A stretch of 64,000 nt of DNA from an uncultured Candidatus Saccharibacteria bacterium (GCA_965231045.1 OZ246406.1:180295-244294); one strand, 5' to 3'. Shown: positions 48,156 through 56,516, numbered from the stretch's first letter. A program made the numbers and translations. Notes: generated from the letters alone by a model not told the origin.

Positions 48156-49244
48156 ATGCATATGTCAGAACAATTACTAGAAATAACCTGTGATTTTACC
48201 GCTCCAGAAGTAGTACTGGATTCTTTTGTTGATCCAGAAACAAGCGAACCATTAAGTGAACTACTCAAATGCGAGTCAGTACAACTTCTTCACAAGGCTC
48301 AGAGTGAAGGGCTTGATGATATTGATGCACTGGCAGAGTTAGAACAGCTTGCACTGTATGATGGCATTGAAGCTGTTAGAGCTTGTGTCAAATATGAGCC
48401 TGGTAAAAAACCATGGCAAGAACAGCCGACAGGAGATTGTTTTACTTATACTTGGTTAATCTCAGATGTTGCTACAACACTTGGCTTTGATAACAAAATA
48501 GCATTTTGTAATGGGCACGCCTTTAATCTTATCGCTACGCCATCAGGTAAGTTTCATATGATTAGTGGTGAAACAAAGCCGATGTGGCTATTTGACGTTT
48601 TAGGCAATGTTTATGGCAAAGATGCTTTACCTGATCTTACAAACTTGTTTTCTGCAGCGTCAAGCCTTGAATATTATTCAATGTATACAAGAGGATTAGA
48701 AGCATACAGCGAACGAATCCATAATCAGGGTAAAAAATTGCATTTACCTTGGGTTGGCGATGATTTGCCCGCTGCAGCTGTGATGGATCCGGATACTGGA
48801 AAACAGGCGTTATTCACATATACTTGCTTTCAATCTGAATTATACTGTTCGTCACCAACAATGAGAGGGGTCAGGACCAGTCTTAACGCCTTAAGAGGAA
48901 TTAACCCTCAGGTTGAGACACGGGAACGTATTAATGACGATTTACGACAATTTAGACGACTTGTTAAGGCTTGGACGAACGACTCTTCATTAACGGATGA
49001 ACAGATTGTCGATTGTATAGCAAAATATACTGCGATAATGCCTGATACGAAAAGTATGAACATTTTCGAGGGTGATTGCCTTAGGATTATCGGCACAGTA
49101 CGACAACATGTTGCTCCACTTGAACTAGCCGCAGCAAGCTACCAAGCGGCTGCAAGAAAAACTAAGAAAACAGATACTACCTTGCTTGGAAAAATTAACG
49201 CCAACAATCAACGACTTAATGAATTTAATGGAACATCACAATGA
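48156..49244 (+). CDS. hypothetical protein, 362 aa, with a possible transglutaminase/papain-like Cys-His core
   Basis: TGDCFTYTW followed 26 aa later by NGHAFNLI resembles the G-x-C...H-x-W/F core of transglutaminase-like cysteine peptidases (weak, by eye). No signal peptide. Confidence 0.55.
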   Translation: MHMSEQLLEITCDFTAPEVVLDSFVDPETSEPLSELLKCESVQLLHKAQSEGLDDIDALAELEQLALYDGIEAVRACVKYEPGKKPWQEQPTGDCFTYTWLISDVATTLGFDNKIAFCNGHAFNLIATPSGKFHMISGETKPMWLFDVLGNVYGKDALPDLTNLFSAASSLEYYSMYTRGLEAYSERIHNQGKKLHLPWVGDDLPAAAVMDPDTGKQALFTYTCFQSELYCSSPTMRGVRTSLNALRGINPQVETRERINDDLRQFRRLVKAWTNDSSLTDEQIVDCIAKYTAIMPDTKSMNIFEGDCLRIIGTVRQHVAPLELAAASYQAAARKTKKTDTTLLGKINANNQRLNEFNGTSQ

Positions 49245-49612
49245 ATGACATTATGAGTACTGCCGAACAACTTTCATTTAATGATGTAAGACCCGAATTA
49301 GATCCTTCAACAATCGAGTCACGTGCCTTTAGTGATGCAAGTAACATTGCCGAACATTTTGCAAGATATGGTGATGGTGCTGAGCAAGACATGGGACAAC
49401 GTTACTTCTTTTTTGAACATCCCTTGCATTATGCAACTGAGAGATCACTAGTGAGTATTTTGGAGATTGAGGCGACTCAGATATTTGAGTCAAGAGATAT
49501 ACCTGAGGTTACAGTATATAAGTTAGGTGATGCTTTTATCTTTCGTGAAGAGATTGCATATGAAGACAGACCTGGAGCTGTTCTGTACACTGGCTACATA
49601 GATTGTAATTAA
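49241..49612 (+). CDS. hypothetical acidic protein, 123 aa, translationally coupled to the upstream gene
   Basis: ATGA stop/start overlap at 49241-49244. No motif recognised. Confidence 0.5.
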   Translation: MNDIMSTAEQLSFNDVRPELDPSTIESRAFSDASNIAEHFARYGDGAEQDMGQRYFFFEHPLHYATERSLVSILEIEATQIFESRDIPEVTVYKLGDAFIFREEIAYEDRPGAVLYTGYIDCN

Positions 49613-51927
49613 TCGATTTGTTGAAGCTTGAACTGAGTATAACGTTCGGCTGCTAGGCGTGTAAGTTTCTCGTCTTCGCCTTGGTTGACGAACTTCATTG
49701 ATTCGGCCATCAAAGGATGAACTTCAGCCAATTTCTCATGCATTTGCTGGACTAGCTTTCGATAACCAGGATGCCCCTGCGGCGATGTTCTGAGCTCGTG
49801 AAAATGAAAAGCTTCGCGAGCATTATAAGTGATCTTCCAGCGCATTTTATGCCCCAATAATGTTGCGTACTGGGCCTCCAATTGGTAGCCAGCAGATTGA
49901 AGTTTACTGTAGAGCTCAAGGCTAAGATCAAAAGCTTTTTCGAAAATGTCAGTTAGTCCGGCGTCTTCGACCAACTGCGGAATGTCATAACCAAATCTTG
50001 GGGTTAACATTTGCCACTGAAGATCATCAACAATACGATGGCGCTGCAAGTCGCGGAAAATACCATAGTCGCACATTATATCCCAGCTATAGTGAGCCTT
50101 TTCCAGTGCTCTGCCAGGTTTGTGTCGACGATTTAGACGTTCGCCCATATATGTCTTGAATACTTTTTCGCGCTTAATGTATGGTAGTCTTTCAACTTCA
50201 TTCTGTATATCTTTTAATGATAGGCTGCTGTGTTCATACAACATATCCGGGACAAGATCTAACTCATTTTTTGGCCAGTAAGAACTCAGGGTTACTGGCT
50301 GCAGATCATTGCTGTAGGTGTCAGGTAGTATTTCACTGGTCAGCTCTTTAACCGCTTTGTAGGTATTTGCTCGGTATGCAATCATTGCGCCACCTCTGTC
50401 CGGCTTGTCGGCACGTTCTAAGAATGTTGGAATAACCTTACGAGCTTCGTTTAACAGTTTCTGGCCTGTTGATCGTGCTTCGGGCAGTTCATCACTCAGT
50501 AGATGCATAATTAAGCTCTCTAGGGCTTGCCCAGAAGCATAAATGCCTACTGTGGCTGTTGTCGCAACCGGAAGTAGCGGACGAGCCGCATCGCAGGCTT
50601 GAGCCCTTACGGCACCTTTCCAGGCAGCATCACGCTCATCTTCAGGTGTGTCTGAATGATCGCGAACATAACTGGTTAGCTGATGTACCAATTCAGAATA
50701 AAGCCCAAAAATTTTATTCATCGTTTCTTCATATGTGTGCGCCGTCCGAGCATCAAGGTGCTTAGGTGTGTGGTACTTATACTTACCGTGGCTATCTTTT
50801 TGATCGAAGTAAATGTATCTAGTCGATTGCTCTAAGTAGGCGGCCAAACGACCCCACTCAAGCTTCTTCGTAAGTAAATTTGAAGCATTTTCAACTACTA
50901 CATGCTGGCCAACCAACTGCTGCACCGAATCGTCACCATAAGCTGTAATAACCCGTTTCATCAATGCCTCATCTTTACCGGCCGCTAAAGCGAATTCATC
51001 CAGCAGGGTTATACGCATATCATCACCGCGTCGACTCAATCGGGCCATTGCTGCGGAAATTGTAACAGTGCTCAGCTTGTCGTTTTTGAAGGCATAAACA
51101 TCATCGTGAACGTTAGTGATAGCATCCTGCAAGAAATCCATACCATCTTCAGTAATTTCATAAATACCATCAGTTTTAACAACGTATGGGTTTACGTTAG
51201 TTGACGTTTGTTTAGTTACTGCGCTTTTTGCGGTCTTTGATGGTTTTGGGGGTAGCAATGGCTCAATATTTTCCCAAACATATTTATGGATTGTCTCCCT
51301 ATCCATCATTGAGCTACCACGAACGCAATCAATGCGTGAAAAATCTTTAGGGAATAGCTGACATAAGTCATCGTAAACGTCGACAGATTTTTTAAGGTGG
51401 GTCAAATCAGCTTCATGAAGATCTCGCTTTTTGTCGGTATAACTCCTGGTTTCTTTCTCATCAACTAGTCTTTGAGCAATCTCGGCCGGGACACGTAAAA
51501 CAATATTTCGGTCTGGTCGTGGTATGCCAAGCATTTGAAACTCTAAATTATCAAGCCATATAAAAAAGCCTCTGCGTTCTTCTGGATGGGAGAACTTCGT
51601 ACCTTGGTGGGCCATATTTGAACCGGTAAAACGGTTGGCAAGTACAACTTTACCCGAGTCTAATGCTTTCTTCATTTCTTTGGCCGCTTCATAGCGATCC
51701 AAAGCAAAAAATAGTGAGCCTGTATAGGGACCTACTTCGTCGGCAGTTCCATACTTGCCGTTTAGGTATTCTTTTACAAAGTAACTTGACGGCTCTTCGT
51801 AACGAGGAAAATCAAATGTTGCAATATCATAACCTTCGGCTTCAAGTCTTTTAGCCAAAAGTTTAAATTGCGTCCCCTTTCCGGAACCATCAGTACCTTC
51901 TAAGGTAATAAATAATCCGTTACTCAT
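49609..51927 (-). CDS. Fusion protein: thymidylate kinase (N-terminal) plus long ThyX-like FAD-dependent thymidylate synthase region (C-terminal)
   Basis: The N-terminus has the Tmk P-loop LEGTDGSGKGTQ, a DRY-type motif and a lid. The C-terminal 500 aa or so contain FRDLQRHR (ThyX RHR motif) and a degenerate first repeat (ARLSRR). Confidence 0.75.
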   Translation of the reverse strand: MSNGLFITLEGTDGSGKGTQFKLLAKRLEAEGYDIATFDFPRYEEPSSYFVKEYLNGKYGTADEVGPYTGSLFFALDRYEAAKEMKKALDSGKVVLANRFTGSNMAHQGTKFSHPEERRGFFIWLDNLEFQMLGIPRPDRNIVLRVPAEIAQRLVDEKETRSYTDKKRDLHEADLTHLKKSVDVYDDLCQLFPKDFSRIDCVRGSSMMDRETIHKYVWENIEPLLPPKPSKTAKSAVTKQTSTNVNPYVVKTDGIYEITEDGMDFLQDAITNVHDDVYAFKNDKLSTVTISAAMARLSRRGDDMRITLLDEFALAAGKDEALMKRVITAYGDDSVQQLVGQHVVVENASNLLTKKLEWGRLAAYLEQSTRYIYFDQKDSHGKYKYHTPKHLDARTAHTYEETMNKIFGLYSELVHQLTSYVRDHSDTPEDERDAAWKGAVRAQACDAARPLLPVATTATVGIYASGQALESLIMHLLSDELPEARSTGQKLLNEARKVIPTFLERADKPDRGGAMIAYRANTYKAVKELTSEILPDTYSNDLQPVTLSSYWPKNELDLVPDMLYEHSSLSLKDIQNEVERLPYIKREKVFKTYMGERLNRRHKPGRALEKAHYSWDIMCDYGIFRDLQRHRIVDDLQWQMLTPRFGYDIPQLVEDAGLTDIFEKAFDLSLELYSKLQSAGYQLEAQYATLLGHKMRWKITYNAREAFHFHELRTSPQGHPGYRKLVQQMHEKLAEVHPLMAESMKFVNQGEDEKLTRLAAERYTQFKLQQID

Positions 51928-52627
51928 ATTTTATACCCTTTACTTTTATTGGATCGCGTCGCTTATCCTTATAAGCGCGTGGCAACATTTGTTCTGGAGT
52001 CCAATCACTAATTAAATCATTCAAGTTGTCACTGTAGCCTGTTTGATATTTGCCGCTGAGCTTCTTATATTCGCTATCAACTGGGCCCGTTTCATAAAAG
52101 ACCATCTGGGCAACGCGTTCACCAACTGGCAGGACAACACTTTCGTGTTCATTCATGTTATATATTTCCATAGTCCAGCGGTTTATATACCCAGGATCCC
52201 CCCATCCAGCATCAAGACAAACAGCAACGCCATTACGGCCCCATGTACTGCGGGCCTGCATGGTGCTAGTCCCAGGCGCTTTAATGCCAATAAATTCATG
52301 GGTGTGGGCAAGAATTCGTTCTCCTGGACGAAGAACAATAATTCTTTGTTTAAGAGGAATGTTCTTAAAAGGTCGGCGACCATGTTTTTTGGCCCATTGT
52401 TCATGAACTTCTGCCTGATAAGGGCCGCCACCAAAGTATTGTTCGACGGAGGCTTTATCAAACGGATTATAAAACCCACCTTCGCTTGGCCGCTCTGTCC
52501 TGTAGAACCAGTTACCTAGTGTTACATCTACGCTGCTGCCAGCAATATGTTTTTCAACATAAGGATGGAACACGATGTGACCATCTTTAATAGCTTGTTT
52601 GATCTGTCTATTACTATAAACTGACAC
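51920..52627 (-). CDS. dcd: dCTP deaminase / dUTPase-superfamily protein
   Basis: N-terminus SNRQIKQAIKDGHIVFHP...GSSVDVTLG and GWGDPGY...MEIYN motifs. It overlaps the downstream fusion gene by 8 nt. Confidence 0.85.
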   Translation of the reverse strand: MSVYSNRQIKQAIKDGHIVFHPYVEKHIAGSSVDVTLGNWFYRTERPSEGGFYNPFDKASVEQYFGGGPYQAEVHEQWAKKHGRRPFKNIPLKQRIIVLRPGERILAHTHEFIGIKAPGTSTMQARSTWGRNGVAVCLDAGWGDPGYINRWTMEIYNMNEHESVVLPVGERVAQMVFYETGPVDSEYKKLSGKYQTGYSDNLNDLISDWTPEQMLPRAYKDKRRDPIKVKGIKYE

Positions 52628-52708
52628 CTTTTCCCCTTATTTAGTCCTTACATTGTACGCAATAAATACTCAACCATACAAGGGTGAAGGCTGATATTAC
52701 AACAGGAT

Positions 52709-53464
52709 TTAGCAATGACTGGTATAGTATGTCTTTTTAAGCTGACCAGTTTTAAGGTCATTTATGAATATTTCTGCGCAACGTGTAACTTCATCTATAC
52801 CTGCATCGCTGACTACGGTAACATCAATGTCTATGTTGTCTCGTTCTCGCTCTGTAGGATCTAGTGCATCATACTGCAGGTGTCCCGGTCGATAGACTTT
52901 TACAATCGTGCCACCAGCAGTATGAACGATCTTACCATCATTAGGGTACCTCAAACCGCCTATAGTGCAGAGTTTTACTCCTTGTTGGCCAGCAAGATTA
53001 ACGCGCTTGATTATCTCGCGATACCATATACCTGGCTCAACAAACCGTACTAAGTAACCGCCAAGCCATTGCAGTATTGGTCGGTAATTTTCCTTATTTT
53101 CTAGTGTAATCTTGTGATGTTGTAGTTCTGAGTCATGAGCTAGGTTATCTATGTGTAGAAACAACTTTTCGTATTCAACTGGATGTCGAAGAACTCTCTC
53201 TGGGTCTAGTTTAATTTGATCAAAGTTACATTTAACACCAAATTTTTGGAGTAAGATCGCTGGTAAAGTACGTAGCCAGTTGTTTATGGATTCAATGTCG
53301 TCTCTCTCTGGTACTTTATCCAAAGAAGCATGCATTGCATCCACAACTTCAGCAATAATCATGCTAGATTCAAAATGAACGAACGAAGGTTCAAGCTTGT
53401 GTAAAGCAGCAGAAAATGTACTTTTGCCGTGCCCAATAGGCCCGGTAAATCCAATGATCATCAT
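52709..53464 (-). CDS. P-loop nucleotide kinase resembling phage T4 gp1 dNMP kinase
   Basis: Walker A GPIGHGKST. GGLRYPNDGKIVHTAGGTIVKVYRPG...DPTE parallels T4 gp1 PDTRQDHEMDAARAMGATVIHVVRPG...HITE. Confidence 0.55.
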   Translation of the reverse strand: MMIIGFTGPIGHGKSTFSAALHKLEPSFVHFESSMIIAEVVDAMHASLDKVPERDDIESINNWLRTLPAILLQKFGVKCNFDQIKLDPERVLRHPVEYEKLFLHIDNLAHDSELQHHKITLENKENYRPILQWLGGYLVRFVEPGIWYREIIKRVNLAGQQGVKLCTIGGLRYPNDGKIVHTAGGTIVKVYRPGHLQYDALDPTERERDNIDIDVTVVSDAGIDEVTRCAEIFINDLKTGQLKKTYYTSHC

Positions 53465-53479
53465 ATGCTCTTAAGTATA

Positions 53480-54436
53480 CTATACTTCGCTTAAGGCAAT
53501 AGCGATACTCGGGCCCATGGTAGTCGTTAGATGGATTGCTTGTATGTAAGAACCTTTAAGTGAGCTTGGTTTTGCAGCCTTGATGCTCTGAAGAACAGTT
53601 TGCAGATTTTCGAGTAGTTGTGCAGATGTAAAATTAGTTTTACCAATTCCAAGGTGAACAATACCAGTGCTATCAACACGATACTCTACTTTACCGGCTT
53701 TAGCTTCCTTAACCGCTTTTGCTACATCGGCAGCTACAGTACCACTCTTTGGGTTAGGCATAAGTCCTTTTGGTCCTAGTATGCGAGCATATTTACCAAG
53801 TTTTGCCATCATCATTGGTGTAGCAATCAAAACATCAAAATCCATCTGACCCTTATCAAGTTGTTGCAAAAACTCATCACCACCTGCAATGTCAGCTCCT
53901 GCAGCTTTAGCTTTTTTAACATCATCAACATCAGCAAAAACTGCTACTTTAAGACTTTTGCCAGTTCCTGCAGGTAAAACTACATTATCACGAATGTTTT
54001 GATCGGCGTGGCGTGGGTCAACACCTAATTTAACGTGCAGCTCAACCGAGGAGTCAAATTTAGTAGTATTGGTTTTAAGAGCTAATTCAACTGCTTCCTT
54101 TAGAGAATACTGTTTAGTTTTATCAATAAGCTTTGCTGCTTCGCGATATTTCTTACTTCGTCGTTCTAGACGACTACGTGTAGGTTTAACAGGTTTTTTA
54201 GCCTGTTTAGGCTCTTCGTCTTCTGTCTTTGAAGCCTTACGCTCTTCTTTTGCTTCTTTTGCCTCGGCCTCTTTTAAGGCTTTCGCACTACGCTTACCGG
54301 CTTTAGCGACTTCTTTGTCATTAACTTCGTTATTGATTGGTGCATCAGTACCTTCGGCTTCAACTTTATTTACTTCTTTTGAAGTATCTTCAGCTGTTTT
54401 TACTTCTTTCTTAGTTGCTTTCTTGGCTTCTGACAT
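53480..54436 (-). CDS. rplA: 50S ribosomal protein L1 with an N-terminal Lys/Glu/Ala-rich extension of about 90 aa
   Basis: The L1 core starts near [29 protein letters not shown] Shine-Dalgarno before the ATG at 54436. Confidence 0.92.
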   Translation of the reverse strand: MSEAKKATKKEVKTAEDTSKEVNKVEAEGTDAPINNEVNDKEVAKAGKRSAKALKEAEAKEAKEERKASKTEDEEPKQAKKPVKPTRSRLERRSKKYREAAKLIDKTKQYSLKEAVELALKTNTTKFDSSVELHVKLGVDPRHADQNIRDNVVLPAGTGKSLKVAVFADVDDVKKAKAAGADIAGGDEFLQQLDKGQMDFDVLIATPMMMAKLGKYARILGPKGLMPNPKSGTVAADVAKAVKEAKAGKVEYRVDSTGIVHLGIGKTNFTSAQLLENLQTVLQSIKAAKPSSLKGSYIQAIHLTTTMGPSIAIALSEV

Positions 54437-54483
54437 GATTTCTCCTTTCGTGGTACTAGCGGCGTTATCACCTCCCACAAATA

Positions 54484-54723
54484 TTATTGATTTAGTTTAC
54501 TACTCACTTGATCTAAATACCATTGTGCCTGATAGCTATTGCCCTGTGATGCAAGTGCTTTAAGACGGTCAAGCACAGCCGTATCAAATTCTTTAGTCTC
54601 GTTAAAATTATCGAGTGTGTGCCTTGCCGCCCGTCTATCGGCTTCAGTAAAAATCAAACCTTCGGTTTCACCTGCCATAAGTTCAATTTTTCCAAAATTG
54701 GATTGACTAGAGTACTTAGACAT
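54484..54723 (-). CDS. hypothetical 79-aa protein inserted between rplK and rplA
   Basis: Intact ORF that starts 3 nt after the stop of the upstream ORF. No family recognised. Confidence 0.5.
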   Translation of the reverse strand: MSKYSSQSNFGKIELMAGETEGLIFTEADRRAARHTLDNFNETKEFDTAVLDRLKALASQGNSYQAQWYLDQVSSKLNQ

Positions 54724-54726
54724 ACT

Positions 54727-55125
54727 TTATTCCGAATGATCAAACAACTGGTTTCTAGCTGCAAGAAATGATGGATCCGTAAACTGGGCACCAGCTAGTC
54801 TTTCATCAAGCCAGGCTTTTGCTCCATCTGATGCATCGCAAAAATCATATACATCAGTTACCGAAAGCACTGCCCTTTTCCCTAACGCTGTGTCGGGACA
54901 TATATCTGTAGCTGTTTCTGAGTTAGAAAATTCACCTGCATCAAGTCTTGCTTGCAGTTCATCTGCATCTAGGGTTTTACCACGAGCCATACTGCGAAAC
55001 TGTTTTGCTTTTTCTTCTGCATCAACTGCCGCGGCTTCCCATGCGCTTGCTTCGCCAAGTTTAATTCTAATAGAAAGACGTACGTCATCTACAGTCGTTT
55101 CTTTCATTGGTGCTTCTGCGGACAT
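54727..55125 (-). CDS. hypothetical 132-aa acidic protein inserted between rplK and rplA
   Basis: TAATG overlap with the rplK stop. GAGG Shine-Dalgarno inside the rplK 3' end. No family recognised. Confidence 0.5.
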   Translation of the reverse strand: MSAEAPMKETTVDDVRLSIRIKLGEASAWEAAAVDAEEKAKQFRSMARGKTLDADELQARLDAGEFSNSETATDICPDTALGKRAVLSVTDVYDFCDASDGAKAWLDERLAGAQFTDPSFLAARNQLFDHSE

Positions 55126-55550
55126 TATTCTACCTCAACACCCATACTGCGAGCTGTGCCAGCAACCATCTTCTTAACGGCTTCAATATCATCGGCGTTC
55201 ATATCTTTGGCTTTTTCTTCAGCAATAGCTGTAAGATCGGCATCAGATAGTTTCTTTGGGATTTTTTCGCTGTTTGGCTTCCCTGAGCCCTTTTGAATAC
55301 CCAGTTTGGCACGAATTAGGTCATCGGTTGGCTGGCTAACTACACGAAAATCCATAGAACGATCGTCATAAATAGTAATGTGAGCTGTTAGAGTTCCGCG
55401 CATTTCCTTGGTCTGGTCGTTAAATGGGGTTATAAAGTCCATCATATTAACACCATACTGACCGAGTGTTGAGCCTACTGGAGGAGCTGCGCTAGCTTTT
55501 CCAGCTGGGATTTTCATCTTAAGATTTGCAGTTACTTTTTTCGCTGCCAT
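55125..55550 (-). CDS. rplK: 50S ribosomal protein L11
   Basis: KMKIPAGKASAAPPVGSTLGQYGVNMMDF is the L11 N-terminal signature. AAGGAGA Shine-Dalgarno. Confidence 0.95.
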   Translation of the reverse strand: MAAKKVTANLKMKIPAGKASAAPPVGSTLGQYGVNMMDFITPFNDQTKEMRGTLTAHITIYDDRSMDFRVVSQPTDDLIRAKLGIQKGSGKPNSEKIPKKLSDADLTAIAEEKAKDMNADDIEAVKKMVAGTARSMGVEVE

Positions 55551-55728
55551 ATTTTCTCCTTGTAGGGGTTGAAGACAAACCTACGGTTTTTCTCCACGCA
55601 CCAGGCAAAAAATGTGATTTTTGCTCGGGCCGCTCTTCTCCCTTTTAGAGCCTACTTTAGAAGCACTTGTAGGCTGATGTGCGTAACTAGTAGATTCTAC
55701 TACAATCCACCTCTGTCGTCCAGTGAAT

Positions 55729-55971
55729 TTATCGCCTTCTATCAGCTTCAGAAGCAAGTACTTGCTCAAGACCCAGATAAATCTGTCCAAATGAGCCACC
55801 TTCATTTGGATCATCTCCGACAGTGGCGCAGTGTCTTACAAAACTAATCTTGACCAACTCTCTTATCTGGTCTATGTCTCGCCTTTGTACGGCACCGTTT
55901 GCTTCTATATTCAAGTCCCCTGCTGACATGTGCTCAATTTTATGTATTTCTTCAGGGCTAAAAGGAGGCAT
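55729..55971 (-). CDS. hypothetical 80-aa protein immediately downstream of nusG
   Basis: The ATG lies 2 nt after the nusG stop. No clear Shine-Dalgarno and no family recognised. Confidence 0.4.
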   Translation of the reverse strand: MPPFSPEEIHKIEHMSAGDLNIEANGAVQRRDIDQIRELVKISFVRHCATVGDDPNEGGSFGQIYLGLEQVLASEADRRR

Positions 55972-55973
55972 GG

Positions 55974-56516
55974 TTATACTCGCTTGACTTGCAAACTATC
56001 AAGTTCAACAGGTGTTTCACGGCCAAACATATTGACCAATACCTTAAGTTTGCCCTTCTGTTCGTCAATTTCATTAATTGTGCCGTCGAAGCCTTTGAAT
56101 GGACCATCTATAATATTTACGACTTCACCAACTTTGTAGTCGATCTTGTGTTTAGGCTGGTCAAGACCCATTCGTTTATTGATCTTATCCATTTCGTCTT
56201 TACTAATAGGTGTTGGTTCATTCCCAGTCCCCACAAAACCAGTAACATTCGGTGTATTTCGAACAATATACCAAGCATCTTCAGTTAATTTCATTTCGAC
56301 AAGTACATATCCTTGGAAAATACGTTTTTCGACGACTCGTCGCTTACCATTTTTGATTTCAATCATTTTTTCCTTTGGCACAAGAACCTGGAATATCTTA
56401 TCCTTCATATCCAAGCTATCTGCACGTTGCCTGATAGATTCGGCAACCTTTTCTTCATAACCACTATAAGTGTGGATAGCGTACCATTGTTTTGATGTAT
56501 CGTAACGTCGTGACAT
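55974..56516 (-). CDS. nusG: Transcription termination/antitermination factor NusG
   Basis: WYAIHTYSGYEEKV NGN domain and a C-terminal KOW domain (GEVVNIIDGPFKGFDGTI). Confidence 0.95.
   Translation of the reverse strand: MSRRYDTSKQWYAIHTYSGYEEKVAESIRQRADSLDMKDKIFQVLVPKEKMIEIKNGKRRVVEKRIFQGYVLVEMKLTEDAWYIVRNTPNVTGFVGTGNEPTPISKDEMDKINKRMGLDQPKHKIDYKVGEVVNIIDGPFKGFDGTINEIDEQKGKLKVLVNMFGRETPVELDSLQVKRV

Noticed and set aside
52043-52519. Three ORFs overlapping dcd on both strands
   Set aside because: The dcd frame carries the conserved dCTP deaminase motifs, and the alternatives have none.
54069-54563. 164-aa plus-strand ORF rich in Ser, Ala, Leu and Phe
   Set aside because: It is antisense to the Lys/Glu/Ala-rich extension of rplA, so it is a shadow ORF caused by the low-complexity coding repeat.
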